DNA of 64,000 nt from Stegostoma tigrinum (taxonomy: Eukaryota), in NCBI RefSeq assembly GCF_030684315.1, contig NC_081365.1, positions 72,781,603-72,845,602 of the forward strand, given 5' to 3'. Numbering within the stretch: the stretch's first letter is position 1; every line of letters begins with the position of its first letter. The translations under genes were made by a program, and so were the position numbers. Shown here one piece after another: positions 1 through 13,773 of the stretch. Below the pieces are notes generated by a model. That model had not been told where the DNA came from. It made no database searches and worked only from the letters and a program-made list of their open reading frames with translations.

Positions 1-610
1 GCAGCAACATTATGTACATATTTTACTCAATGCTGTTGAAGAAATATCTTGATGTCTGGCTTGAACTAATAAACCCATATTAAAATGGTTAGAAGCCATG
101 TGGTCCCAAATGGGCAGGCTTTTGCAGAGTTCATGCTGCTTGACAACATTGTCAATATCATCCTCCACTACTTTGGTGATGATTAAAATTAAGCAAATGG
201 GATAGCAATTGCTAAGGCTGGATTTGTTCTGCATCTTGTGCAAAGGGCATACTTGAGCAATTTTCTATATTGTCAAGTAGATGCAAGTGTAATTGTTCTG
301 GAACAACCTAGCTAACTTAGTTGTAAATATGTCAGCCTTATCTTTTGCATCATCATTATTTGGTTCCACACACATTCTTTGCCAATCTCCACAACTTAAT
401 TGTTTATTGTTCATCACCAATCCTGAATCGATGGGAAAGGACTGCACAGCTTTGATCTGAGTTGTCGGTTGAGAAATCATTCTACTCTAGCATTTGCTGC
501 TTCCACTGTTTGGCATATAAACAGTCCTGTGTTGGAGCTTCACCAGGCTGATCTCATTTTTATACGTGCATGATACTGCTCCTGCTATATTGTTCTGTAC
601 GCTTCATTAT
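1..610 (-). mobile_element. Degenerate non-LTR retrotransposon (CR1/L2 group) ORF2 fragment
   Basis: Minus-strand ORF remnants such as SNCYPICLILIITKVVED resemble the (S)NYRPISLL..ISKVME region of LINE RTs; heavily decayed. Confidence 0.55.
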
Positions 611-656
611 TGTGAGCTTAGAAGCTTAATAGTAACAAATTTTCTTTAGAAGTTAC

Positions 657-791
657 CTCTTAAATTTTTCAAAGAGCGCAGTGAAAACAAGGCACTTCTT
701 CTCCAGTTTCAACACCAGTGAATTTACTTTAGTGCTAACAGTGTCCAAGTTCACATCCATTTTCTTCAGCAACTGCAAAAACTCAGTCACA
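657..791 (-). CDS. RB1: Retinoblastoma protein RB1, coding exon 4 (135 nt; gene continues beyond window start)
   Basis: Translates (N)VTEFLQLLKKMDVNLDTVSTKVNSLVLKLEKKCLVFTALFEKFK(R), similar to human [40 protein letters not shown]; acceptor ttcctgaag, donor gtaac; phases 2/2. Confidence 0.93.
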
Positions 792-2264
792 CTTCAGGAA
801 GGAGAGAGGAAAAAAAAATCATTTGTCAAAGAACACTTATCAGCACCACCCACATTATGTTATTACTTAGTTGAAACAGGCTTCTGTTAAACAGCGCTTT
901 TTTTTGAACCAAAGTATTTCAAAAGTATTCAGTAATCCAAATTAAGCAACTTTGCAAAAACCATAATAAATTAATACATTTGACATAACACACATTTATA
1001 ACTTTTCAGCAATAAAGCAAACTCCCTAAACATACAACAGAAACTGAAGGGTTAGGCCATTCAGCCCATCAAGCCAGTGCTACCATTCTAGATCATGGCT
1101 GATCACACACAAAAACAAGTTACTTCAATGTCTTTATGATTTTTGACCAGCCTATTGCAATGGTTCTGCTCTTAAAATTGTTTAAACATTTATTTACATA
1201 GAGAACAAAAATAAAATACTGTGGAACATAGAAAATACCGGCCAAACTCAACAGGTCTAGCAGCATCCACGGCAAGAGAAACTATCATAATGTTTTGAAT
1301 CCAGTATGACTCTAGTCAATACAGACTCCAAATGCTTAGCCTCTCTCGCCACCATACACTACCACACCTGCTGAGTTTCTCCAACATTGCCCATGTTTGC
1401 TACTGAATGATCTTAAAAATAAGATTTACCTGAGTCAAGTTCATTCACTTAAACATGTTTAAAATTAATGCTTACATTTTGATGTCAGAATTTATTTATT
1501 TTTTTAAAAAAGATTCATTTCTCAGGTGTGCTTTCTCTACCTGCAGGGGCAAGTTTCAGATTTAAATGAGTAGCATCATAGGTGCTCTCATGCTTGATTA
1601 TAATTTCACATTCCAGATCAGAAGGTTACGTGCCTTGATGGTGGTACACACCATTGGCAGAGATACTGCTACAGGATTTGTATTTATCATCAGACTTGTG
1701 TGTCAAATGTCTCAGCACTGTTTATTAATTCTTTTTCTTGAATTAACACACGAGTATTCTGGTTTTCTTCCCTTCATGTTATACTTCTTCCCTCTTAAAA
1801 CATTAGTTTCCCCTGGTATTTTGTCCATTGCATTTCCTGAACAAGATTCAGGTTGGATGTCAATGAATCTTGCATACTTGAGCACGCCACCAGGAGTATA
1901 TGCTTACTAATATTTCCTCCTTTCAGAGAAGCCACTGGCTTTTAATTCAATAAATCCAAAACTGACCATTGAGGACTGTGCAAGTGCAAATCTAATTGTT
2001 AATCATACATGAGCGATTTAATACAGTATTAATTCACTTTGGCCACTTTGTTTAACTTTTATTTTCAAAAATGAGCTCATCAACTGCATATTTGTTTGCC
2101 TATTTGGTCTCATGTGTTTGTTTTCCCTTTTACTATTTCCACAACTGATTACAAGGCCTTCTAGTGCCCATGAACACAAGCTTGCAGCCTACACAGAAGC
2201 TCAAAAACTTTGACTGATCAGAATACAGACCTAATTACTGCACCTAAATCAATATGCTGTGAAG

Positions 2265-2425
2265 GTGCCAGTGTTGGACTGGGATGAACAAAGTCAGAAA
2301 TCACATGAACCTGATATAGTCGAACAGGTTTATGAAGGCCTGAGAAAGGAGCAGCACTCCTAAAGCTTGAGATTTCAAATAAACCTGTTGGACTATACCC
2401 CGGTGTCATGCAACTTCTGACCTAA
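2265..2425. mobile_element. Short fold-back element (Penelope-derived type) with degenerate hammerhead-like core
   Basis: About 2293-2333 is an imperfect inverse of 2379-2420; centre ctgagaa-aggag-cagca-ctcc-taaagctt; related partial copies near 25878-25960 and 52790-52820. Confidence 0.55.
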
Positions 2426-2677
2426 ACTGTAAACTCTCAACAGTGTCCTGAACACAGTACACACAAATGTCATTACTCTGCATAAAAATTTGCAGGATGA
2501 ATTCAATGCACAAAGCCAGATATCAAAACACGGTTGAGCAATTCTTTCAAAAAGTTCAACTTCACAGCAATGATTTGTTTAAACTAATTAGAAGATTCCT
2601 GAATTTCAGCAAAAAATTATGTGAGATTAAATGACACCTTCAACAGAAATTAATAAAATGCAAATTCATAAACCTAC

Positions 2678-2781
2678 TTCAGATCTAATGTTTTCTGCAA
2701 ATCTGTCACAGTGAAGGAAACTGCATTCAAGTCTACGGCTGCAATGAAGATGCAGACACCCCAATACTTTCGTGTGGCCGC
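2678..2781 (-). CDS. RB1: RB1 coding exon 3 (104 nt)
   Basis: [34 protein letters not shown](N) vs human [33 protein letters not shown]; acceptor ctcttctag, donor gtaggt; phases 0/2. Confidence 0.95.
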
Positions 2782-3239
2782 CTAGAAGAGAGCATCCATT
2801 TTAACGTACTGAAAATATTAACAGAATAAAAATAAACATGAACATAAATGGAAACAGAGCACCTCAATGTATAAACAAAATCAAATAACTAGTGCCATTA
2901 GGTTTGAAACTGATTACAGCATAACGCAAACAAAAAGTGCAGAAATACAACAAGCAAATGTTTCTGGTTGATGGCCTTTCAAAAGGTGGAAACATAACAG
3001 GTTTAATCAGGAGAAATTGAAAAGGGTGGATAGAGAACTAAAGGAAAGATTTGAGACAGTGGAATGCACAAAACATTAAATGACAAAAAAAGTTGGTTGC
3101 ATGACAAAGGGAATGGAAATGGAACAAGCAAGGAAACAAATTATGTGTCCACAGTACATTGCACAATAATGAACTGCCACTCAAATGCAAATAATACAGG
3201 AGAAACACAAGATTAAGACCAAATATTGCCAAGAAATCA

Positions 3240-4620
3240 AAATGGGGATAAAGACTGTAGACTGAAACTGCTATATTCAGCGTTGAGCCTGAACGTTAAA
3301 GTGCCTCATCAAAAGACAAGGTGCAGTTCCTCAAATGCTTGAGGCTGAATGCAGACACTTTGCAAATTAGGTATCCCTTGTGTAGAACATAAATATTGAG
3401 AGGACGGAATGCAATGGACGAAATTGAAGGAAGCACAAACTGCAGCTTCACTCAGGAGTGTTTGGACATTAGATGGCGATGTGGGAGGAGATAAGAATGT
3501 AGGGGCTGCGTTTTTTGCACTTGCTTGAAAGGAGACTGGGTATTGAAGTGATTGAAAGGTGATTAAGAGCATATGATCTCATGGGAAGGCTGAAGGGGAA
3601 AGTGTGTTTGCATTAGAACCACAGAGACAACGGTAAATGAGTCATCCTCCAGAGTGAGACGTGAGGGTAAAGAGAACCTTGTCTTGGGTCTGGAAGGAAG
3701 GAAAATAGATGAATGTAGAAATGAGCATGGGAAATGAGTGATGCATGAAGGGGATGGAGCTTGTCAAGTAATGAGATGCATCAGTAACACCAGTGTGAAA
3801 GCTTGTAGCACCAGGTCGGTTGTATCAGAGAAGCAGGAAGAATAGTGATCTGAAAGGATGCAGGATGTAACGTAGAACTAGGTGTGGGAATCACTGGGCT
3901 CATAATGAATATATGCCGTTAGCCTATTTTCAGAAGAGAGGCAGGGCAGTAATGAAAGGGGAGAGTCAGCAATGGAAGGGACAGAGGGTAAGATCTGGAA
4001 ATAAGGTTAATCAACTTTCTCAGCTCAAAGCACAGACACAGTCATCAGTGCATTGCAGAAAGAAAAAAAGACAGGGTAGACAGAGGGTACCGGAGGAGGA
4101 GGACTGAAAGAAACTTTTTAATCCACATCACACAAAAATGGCAGGCTTGAACAAGTACCCACATGGATATCCATAACAACCTATTTTAATTCAAGGAAAA
4201 ATAACAGGGACGACGTAGTGCAGCAAGTTCAAAGGAACTGTTTGAAAGACAGAAGGCAGCAGATAAGCTAACAATGCCAGTATCATTGTCAATTCTTGAT
4301 GAAATGATCAAGAGAACGCAAGAGGCGGGTTGGGGGGGGGAAGCCGGGTCCAGACAGAAGGAACATCCTGCAGACAAGTGAGAGGATTCATTAAAAAAAG
4401 TTGCTGGAAAAGGTGAGCAGATCTGGCAGCATCTGTGAAAAAAAATTAGAGTTAACGTTTTAGGTCCATTGACCCTTCCTTAGAACTTAATTGTTTTTGT
4501 TTCTGATTTACAGCATCCGCAGATGAGCTCAAAGTGTCTTGCTGAGCATCAAGCTCAAGGTGTTGGGATAAGGGATATAGTGACTCCATCACTGTACCGA
4601 GATGGTTTTGGATTCGGGTG
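3240..4620 (-). mobile_element. Highly decayed Penelope-like element remnant, with a short fold-back element at about 4395-4520
   Basis: Purine-rich plus strand and patches resembling the reverse complement of the 21912-23299 element. Confidence 0.4.
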
Positions 4621-5344
4621 AGTCACAGGCATCGTGAATACTTCAGACTCCAAGCACCTGCACTATTGTGCTTTTGAAATAGATTACTCGAGTAAGTTTC
4701 CCACCAAAAATGCAAAGGGAAGGAGATTCTTTTAAAAATTGTGTTTATTTTACTTCTGTTTTTACTATCCAGAGTGAATGAATAGCTGAGACTCACTGCA
4801 GCACATTATGGATTTTGACAGGAATGAACAAAGCAATAACTAGTTGATGCCAAATTTCAGTTTTTAAAAAATTAAGGATAGCAGGATGAAGGAAAGACAA
4901 AAATACCTCCATTATAAGTCTACAGATTATGATATCCTACAAAAAGTGCAAGCAAGCACACCATACTACAAGCCCCGACTGACAATCCTAAGTTGATTGT
5001 CAGTGTAATTCTTTGTGCACTCAGGGGTATTTAGCAAATGTAATTCAATTACAGAACAGTATGATTAGATGTAATTTAGAGGTTTACAGGTGTGGATGTG
5101 ATCAGTTGGGGTCAGTGTGGTGCACTTGCATGCATTGGAAGCTACACGCATTATACACAGGATCTTGTTCTTTGCAGACAAAACATGCCATTACACTGTC
5201 TGCACCTACTCAATAAAATTGATAGGTAGTCACTTTCTGGTTGATTTATCAGGGCAATCCCTTGACAAGTGTAAACTTGTCGGGCTTAATATTTAATCAA
5301 TACTTGACAGTTAATTGTCAATCATCATTCTTCACAACAACACC

Positions 5345-6100
5345 TGTACCAGAGTTCATTTGAAACCCAGACCAACCACACAGACAATCATTGTTTATAG
5401 TAAGGCTTGCATGACATTAGAGGCTACAAGGCGAAGTTGAACAGAATCAGTGCATCGTTACCCAACGAGCTCAATGCATTCAATGCTCGCTTTGAACTGG
5501 AGGTTATTGAAATTATGTCACATATGCCAACAGCCTTGAATGCACCTGAACCCACAGTCACCCCTGCAGATGTTGGATTGGGCTTCTTGAGAGTGAAACC
5601 ACAGAAAGCGACTGGCCCAGATGGAATGCCTGCCCATGCACTCAGATCCTGTGCGAACCAGCAGGCAGGAGTATTCACGTACATCTTTAATCTCTCCTTA
5701 CTAAGATCTGAAGTCCCAAACTGGTTCAAGAAGACAACCATCATCCAAGTGCCTCATGACTACCACCCAGTGACTCTAACCTCCATAATTATGGAGCATT
5801 TCGAGAGGTTAGTCATGACTCACATCAACTCCAGCCCACCAAACTGCCATCTCCCTGGCCCTACACGTATGAACAGGTTTAAGAACAGCTTCTTCCCTGC
5901 TGTTATCAGGCATTTTAACAGACCTCTCAAATCTTAATTCTGATCTCTCTCTTTGCATCTTCTCTATGGCTGTAACACTGTATTCTACACTCTGTTCTGC
6001 TACCCTGGTGCACTTTTTGTATGTTACAATTTGCCAGTATAACATAAAAACAACACTTTTTGCTGTATCTCAGTATATGTGACAACAATAAATCAATCAA
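5345..6100 (+). mobile_element. Rex1/Babar-type LINE, internally deleted 3' fragment
   Basis: ORF 5407-5937 with KATGPDG, VFTYIFNLSL, FKKTTII, DYHPVTLTS and the C-terminal RFKNSFFP; ends aataaatcaatcaa. Confidence 0.8.
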
Positions 6101-6295
6101 TTTGTCAAACAATCAGCACTGTCCGCTCATACACTATTAATGTCGTTTTCCCCTTATATTAATGTTTCGTGCAAATTGTCCCAATGAGTCCAGAATGAAA
6201 AGCTTTGACCAAATGTGTCTCTTTTCCCAGGAATATTCAGACTATTGTTGCTTATTGAAATTCATCATTTCACATCCACTGCAAATTTGGTCATA

Positions 6296-7480
6296 AAATT
6301 GTCACAGCAAAAAGGTTGTCATTCGGCCCATCATATTCATGCTGGCCCTTTGCATCAGCAATTCATCCAGTGTAAGTCCCCTGCATTTCCCTGTAGCCCA
6401 ACGCATTTTTTTCTGTTCAGAAAATATTTCAATTCCTGTTGAAGGCCTCAGCTGAACCTGTCTCTGCTGCAGGTAGTATATTCCATGATTCCATACCCTA
6501 ACTGTTTGCAGTGTAAAAAAATGTTTACCCCTTATCATTGTTGCTTCTTTGGCCATTTACCTTAAATGTGTCCACTGGTTCTTGAACCTTCCAACAAAGG
6601 GAAAGTTTCTCACCATCCAGACACCTCATGATTTTGAACACCTCTAACAATTCCTCTCTCACCTTACTCTTCTCTAAGAGCAGCTTCACCAATCAATCCC
6701 CCTAATTGCAGTGCCTCATCCTTGAAATCAATCTTGTAAATCTTTGTAACACGTTCTGCAATATCTTCAGATCTTTCCTCAAGCTTGGGTCCCAGAACTG
6801 GACCCAAGATTACCGTTGTGCCTGAACCAGTCTTGAAATCTGAACCAGGTTTTAAATATATTATTTATTTGCTATTGTACTGTTACTCCTATTTAAATAG
6901 TCTAGAATTCTGCATGCTTTAGTAACAGTTCACTCAACGTGTCCTGCCATCTTTGATGGTTTACATACACATATACACGCAAATCTCTCTGTTCATGCAC
7001 CACCTTTAAAAATGTACCCATTAATTTATCCCGTCTCTCTGCAGTCTTTTTACCAAGATGAAATCTACTGGAGAAAAGCCATGAAGTATTTAAGCTACTA
7101 CGCGTCCACCCATTCCACGAAACCGTTTCTCCTCTCAAAGTTTGCAATACTTGCACATTTCACATCATCTGCAAATTGAGTCTTATCCAACAAAGGTCCA
7201 GGTCAAGATCATTAATATACATCAGTAAGGGTAGGTGCCCTAACCTTCCTCCAGCTTGAAGGCCAACTCTTCAATACAATACTTCCATGTCACAACATAT
7301 TTTATACTACCGTTCCTTTAATTCTGTGAGCTCTTCTTGTGCAAAGAAATCTGCTGACTGGCACTTTGACAAATACCAGTCAAAGTTCATGTAAACCACA
7401 ACCAGCTCATTCCTTTCATGAAGTCTCTGCATTAAGCCATCAAAAACTTGAGCATTTGGCCAAGGAAGATTTAATTTTGA
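6296..7480 (-). mobile_element. Old CR1 LINE 3' fragment
   Basis: Minus-strand remnants FFTLQTVRVWN and EQRDLRVYV; decayed CR1 3' tail near 6300-6340. Confidence 0.75.
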
Positions 7481-8650
7481 CAAACCTGTGTTGGCTTACT
7501 TAATTACTCAACTGACTATTAATACTGAGCCAAATTAACATTCTTAAAGCCTCTAACCATTGACATTAAGATATAAAATTAAAGAGAGTTAAGAATTATC
7601 TTTGCATTTTTTCAATAAGGATGCGCCTGGGATGCTGCTTGACCTGCTGTGTTCATCCAGCTTCACACTTTATTATCTTAATTGCTGATACTGTTCAGTT
7701 GTGCACTGGAAGGTGGTGGAGGCAAGCCAAATCACATCCCTTTGTCCTTAGCACCTTCTCTGTTCCATTGTACTGTTGGATTGTCTAGCTAATTAGATTT
7801 TTTTGTTGTTACGTCGTCGACGTTTTCACCTCTTATGTGCCCAATTGGAAATAATTTATGCTGCATCACACTTTGTTAATTTGAAAAATATTTGATTAAA
7901 TTTGTTGCTGTCATGAAATGTCACTTTCTGTATGTTCTAAGATATTTTCCATAAACACTTTTTAAATGTTGTTCCATTGTAATTGAGAGTGGAACTAACC
8001 TGCTTGTTACTTTTTGATGGTTAATGAGTCCCATATCAAAGCTCAGGATATGCAGATTCAGAAACCGCATCTACACTATCTGGTTAATGACTCTCTCTCT
8101 TTCAATACGCCCATTTCCACTGAGTGACATGATTGAACAGATTACCTGTGGTTTAACTCCTAATGTCAGTGAAACGCTGTTTGAATACTCTAATTTTGGC
8201 AATAATATTAATGTTCTTCATTAATTTTTCCATTTTACTGTGTAAGTATCATTGGTTGATGTTCTTTGATTTGCTGAATGAATGTACTGCCCTTTGCAAT
8301 GATTTACAGACAAAAAGGTGCCAGATATTGTTACTCACTCAACGTAAGGCAACATAGAAGCACTCCAGTATCTCTAGATTAGAAAGGGTAAAATCAAACT
8401 GCTGGACAGGGAACATGCAAACAGTTGGGACATCTTCCATGCTGAGATAGCTGCAGATATATATTGTGTGAGCACACCAATAAGAGGCACAAGTGAACTA
8501 AGAGTCCTAATGATTGCACTGGAATTTGAATGTTATGTGAGGGAGCAATTTTGGGGGAGACAATGGTCATGTCGCCAGACAGTACTCAAGGGACCCTGAC
8601 GAGGTGGATTCAAATTCCATTATGTCAACTGATGAAATTTTAATTCAGTA

Positions 8651-9647
8651 CCTGGAAGTCAGTGGTGAGTGGTGTTCCACGGGGCTCTGTCCTTGGGCCT
8701 CTACTGTTTGTAATTTTTATTAATGACTTGGATGAGGGGATTGAAGGATGGGTCAGCAAGTTTGCAGGCGACACAAAGGTTGGAGGTGTCGTTGACAGTA
8801 TAGAGGGTTGTTGTAGGCTGCAGCGGGACATTGACAGGATGCAGAGATGGGCTGAGAGGTGGCAGATGGAGTTCAACCTGGATAAATGCGAGGTGATGCA
8901 TTTTGGAAGGTCGAATTTGAAAGCTGAGTACAGGATTAAGGATAGGATTCTTGGCAGAGTGGAGGAACAGAGGGACCTTGGCGTGCAGATACATAGATCC
9001 CTTAAAATGGCCACCCAAGTGGACAGGGTTGTTAAGAAAGCATATGGTGTTTTGGCTTTCATTAGCAGGGGGATTGAGTTTAAGAGTCGTGAGATCTTGT
9101 TGCAGCTCTATAAAACTTTGGTTAGACCGCACTTGGAATACTGCGTCCAGTCGTGGTCGCCCTATTATAGGAAAGATGTGGATGCTTTGGAGAGGGTTCA
9201 GAGGAGGTTTACCAGGAATCTGCCTGGACTGGAGGGCTTATCTTATGAAGAGAGGTTGACTGAGCTCGGACTTTTCTCATTGGAGAAAAGGAAGAGGAGA
9301 GGGGACCTAATTGAGGTATACAAGATAATGAGAGGCATAGATAGAGTTGATAGCCAGAGACTATTTCCTAGGGCAGAAATGGCTAACACAAGGGGTCATA
9401 GTTTTAAGCTGGTTGGAGGAAAGTATAGAGGGGATGTCAGAGGCGGGTTCTTTACAGAGAGAGTTGTGAGAGCATGGAATGCGTTGCCACTAGCAATTGT
9501 GGATGCAAGGTCATTGGGGTCATTTAAGAGACTGCTGGACGTGCATATGGTCACAGAAATTTGAGGGTGCATACATGAGGATCAATGGTCGGCACAACAT
9601 CGTGGGCTGAAGGGCCTGTTCTGTGCTGTACTGTTCTATGTTCTATG
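8651..9647 (+). mobile_element. Young 5'-truncated CR1 LINE (RT C-terminal part), inserted next to a SINE-like head at about 8545-8650
   Basis: Open 300-aa ORF 8662-9564 (SGVPRGSVLGPLLF, KCEVMHFG, LYKTLVRPHLEYC, TRGHSFKL); catalytic FADD reads FAGD; tail ctgttctatgttctatg. Confidence 0.95.
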
Positions 9648-10089
9648 ATGTAACATTTGAAAATTTAAAAGAATTGCTTCAAAATTTTCAACAAAAGAAA
9701 AAATAAAAATCAGAAAGGAAGATCCACTTGTAACTTATTTTGAATGTTAAGTGCAGTTTTGGATTAACAAGGGTTTACAACATTGCGAAGACTATTTTGT
9801 AGTTTGAGGACTGGCTGCATCTTAATCAAAGGGTCTTCAAAAAGTTAGTTTACGTTCCAATGGAATGAAAACAAACTAGCCAGGAGTATAAAAACAGGTT
9901 GGAAGATTTTATTAATGTATGAAAAGAAAGAAATAAGCTTAATTTAATGCTGGTCCTTTCGAAATAGAGGTAGGAGAATTTTTAATTAGGAGTAAGCAAA
10001 TAGCAGACACGTTTAACAACGTCTTGTGTCTGTCTTCACAGAAGAACGCAGAGTTACATATGACAAATGGAAGGTAACCTTTATTTGAT

Positions 10090-10450
10090 TCTTTTGTGGG
10101 ATGTGAGCATCACTGGCATGGCCAGCATTTGCTGCCCAGCCCTAACTGTCCTTGAACTGAATGACTTGCTAGGCCATTTCAGAGGGCAGTTAACAGAGTC
10201 AACCTCATTACTGTAAACCTGGAGTCATATGTAGGCCAGAACAACCAAGGGCAACAGATTGCCTTTCCTAAAGAACATCAGTGAATCAAATGAGTCTTTA
10301 CAACCGTCAACCACCATTTCATAGTCACTTTTACTGTAGTCAAGCTCTCAATTCCTGGTTAACTGAATTTTAAATTCTACCAGTTACGGCTGTAAGCACA
10401 TTAGCCTGGGCCTTTATGTGGCAAGCTCAGGGAAATTACCACCATCTCCC
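10090..10450 (-). mobile_element. tRNA-headed SINE-like repeat, second family, nested in a decayed plus-strand CR1 (about 9790-10610)
   Basis: Reverse complement matches 41990-42325; other copies near 29300-29550 and 14693-14965. Confidence 0.6.
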
Positions 10451-10606
10451 CTTTACCTAGGGGGTAACAGATATAGGCAAATGAAGGTAATTAATAATAT
10501 CTGCAAAGAAAAACTAAAGTAACTAAAATTTGATGAATCACCAGGACCTGATGATCCATACCGTAAAAGAGATGAGTTCAGAGACAATGGATTTCTTGGC
10601 TATGTT

Positions 10607-11595
10607 CACAGAGTCATATAGAACAGAAACAGACGCTTTGGTCCAACAGTCCATACTGAACATAATCCCAAACTAAACTAGTCCCACCTGCCTGCTCCTG
10701 GCCTGCATCCCTCCAAATCGTTCCTATTCATGTACCTATCCAAATGTCACTTAAACGTTGTAAATGTGCCTACATTCATCACTGCCTCAGGAAGTTCATA
10801 CCACACACGAACAACCTTTGGTGTAAAAAAATTTGCCCCTCACGTCTTTTTTAAAATCTTTCTCTTCTCATGTTAAAAATGTGCCCTTGGTCTTGAAATC
10901 ACCCATCCTAGGGAGAAGACACCTACAATTAACCTTATTTGTACCCCTCATGATTGTAAACTTCTATAACGTCACCTCCTACGTTCCTGTCAAAGAAGTC
11001 CCAGCCTATCCAACCTTTCTTTAGGAGTCAAACTTTCCACACACAGCAACATCCTGCTAAATCTCTTCTGAACCTTCTCAAGCTTAATATTATCCTTCCC
11101 ATAACTGGGTCACCAGAACGGGACACACTATTCCAGAAGAAGCCTCAATGTCCTGTACAACCTCAACATGACTTCCCTATACTCAAAGGGCTGAGCAATG
11201 AAGGCAAGCATGCCAAACGCCTTTTTAACCCCCCTATCTATATGTGATGCAAACTTCAAAGAACTGTGCACTTGAGCCCCTAGGCGCCTCTGTTCTACAA
11301 CACTGCCCAAGGCCCTATCATTAATTGTATAAGCTCACAGTTCTTTGTTGTACCAAAAATGCAATACCTCGCATTTATCCAGATTGAACACCATCTGCCA
11401 TTTTTCCGCTCATTGACCCGTTGAATCAAGATCCCTTTGTAATCATAGAAAACCTTTACTGTTTACAATGACACCAATTTTGGTGTCATCTGCAAACTTA
11501 CTAATTATGTCTTCCTGTATTTTCCTTTATATAAATGATTTGGATGCCAAACGAAAAAGGACCCAGAGCCACATCTTGTGGAACACTACTGGTCT
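10607..11595 (-). mobile_element. CR1 LINE 3' fragment
   Basis: ORF 11128-11310 VVEQRRLGAQVHSSLK...VKKAFGMLAFI; FADDTK-encoding segment near 11480-11495; CR1 tail at left end. Confidence 0.88.
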
Positions 11596-12509
11596 TTGAA
11601 GAATTTAAAGAAAAGTATGCATTTCAATGTCTCAGCAAACAACTGCCATGTCAGGGACATCTGCCCAGGATAGTACTGAAGTCATGATCAGCAATGCAAT
11701 TATGAAGACAAAGTCTCAGCTTGAGTGAGGCCATCCTTCATCCAATGGCATTAACACAACATTAAATATTACAGGCAAAAATCAGATCGGCTCAAAAGCG
11801 CACATCCATGAGACACAGTTCATCAGAAGTAAAAGTTACACACAATCTCAATATAGGATTTCCTAGCCTGAGACGTCACTTAATCCTTCAAATTGCCATA
11901 AAGCAGGCTGATAAACACTAATGTTTAGAAAGGGCAATTAGTGCTATTTCATTTGAGGCATCTATGAAAAGATGGCAAAGGTCTGGCCAAAAAGGGATCC
12001 TATTAGTGGAACTGGCAAAGGGAGCTGCGAGAAGGGAAGCCAGCAAACAGGTGAGGGCAACAAGCAGGGCAGTGAGGGAAGGCACCATCAATGGGTGCAA
12101 TAATTCCTGTTCCATGACAGGTGCACTTCAGATTCCAGTGTATTGTCATCATTGTGTGACCACATCAATGGCACTAATTTTCTAATTAAGTATGCAAGTA
12201 CGAAAGTTGTTTGCTGAGACATTGAAATGCATACTTTTCTTCAAATTCTTCAAAGACCAGTCGTGTTCCGGGTCCTTTTTCGTTTGTCATCCAAATCATT
12301 ACTTCTTTACATCACTCATGTATAGTTCTGCCTCAGCCTATCTTCTCCACTACTGTGCCCAGGTAAAGTATACTAAACAAATACACAGGACCACAAAACA
12401 GCAGTTAGCAAAAGTGAGGCGGACGAGAGGCTGCAAAGCTGAGATGACAGTAGAAACAAACAGTGCTCCAGTCAAGTCTTACATGGAACTACTCTTCAGT
12501 AGTATCTTC

Positions 12510-12740
12510 AGCCAGAGTGATGGGCCTGTGGAACATCATTGCCACGGAGTGCAGTGGAGGTCGGGACATTAAATGTCTTCAAGGCACAGAGTGATAATTT
12601 CTTGATCTCGCAAGGAATTAAGGCTACGGGGAGAGTGCGGGTAAGTGGAGTTGAAATGCCCATCAGCCATGATTAAATGGCAAAGTGGACTCAATGGGCT
12701 GAATGGCCTTACTTCCACTCCCACGTCTTATGGTCTTACT
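12510..12740 (+). mobile_element. Short CR1 3'-end fragment
   Basis: tcttcagccagagtg...tggaa...gggctgaatggcct...tcttatggtctta tail. Confidence 0.7.
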
Positions 12741-13684
12741 CTTATATATAAGCACAGACTTACTGCAAGCAATGTCATGGCAGGTGCAATAAAGTAACCT
12801 TGAGCATGTATCCAATACACTTCATGTCATGAGTGCAACTGATTGATAGTATAGCTATTTTCATAACACACTGACAATCACTAGATAATGTAAATCAAAA
12901 AAGAAAAATTTCTTTTGATAATGATAACAATAATTACCAAGCTTCATGCAAAAGTAATGATTTTAAGATCCATGCAAAGTATGCACATTGGTCTCAATGC
13001 CAAATGCTAATTATTCCTGAAAGTCATATAATATTCACTAGACTTGCCACAGAGTTATTAGTCCTTAACAGATTAATGTGCTTTAAACTTAAGATAATGA
13101 ATTAACATATCAACACGTGTTTATATGCCTTTACATTGTACAATTCCCTAACACATTTTCAAACAAGAAAATGGATGCTGAAGAGTGATGACAGCATGAC
13201 GATAAGTGACCAAAAGACGGACTGTATATATACAACTTCCAGGAAGAATTTAAAATGCTTGAGGAAGTAGTGAGACAAAAGAGTTTAAACAATCTGCATG
13301 CATGTGCTGCCTTTCATTTCACAAAGTCAAAAAACACTTTATAGACAATTAATCATTTGAACAGTAAAGTGGAGAATCAGTGGAGCAATTGTTGGACAGA
13401 GGGCCAAGTCAAAAACTATTATCATAAAATAGTGGGGTTGCGTTTATAAGAATCTGAATTTTTTTCCCCTCTTTAAATATAGAATGAAGACAGAGCTGCT
13501 TATGTAGCTTACCCAAGTTAAGCCACTCGACTAAGTCAAAACTGGTTCATCTTTGTGCTGGCAAATCATATCATTTCATCACAATGATGCCTCGGAAAAA
13601 TAGCTATCGCTCTGGATACAAAGTCTTTATTATTGTGTATTCTAAGGTCCAAGAATAACAAAATAATAATGATAATCTGAACAA

Positions 13685-13773
13685 GCTCCTGGGATGCTGC
13701 TTGGCCTGCTGTCTTCATCCAGTTTCACACTTTGTTATCTCGGATTCTCCAGCATCTGCAGTTCCCATTATCA
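13685..13773 (+). mobile_element. Penelope-derived mini-element with 8-bp TSD
   Basis: gatgctgcttggcctgctgt...ccagcatctgcagttcccatt family; ctgaacaa at 13677-13684 and 13774-13781. Confidence 0.75.

Noticed and set aside
8662-9564. Intact 300-aa reverse transcriptase ORF as an active or domesticated gene
   Set aside because: 5'-truncated CR1 with catalytic FADD changed to FAGD; open frame is explained by young age
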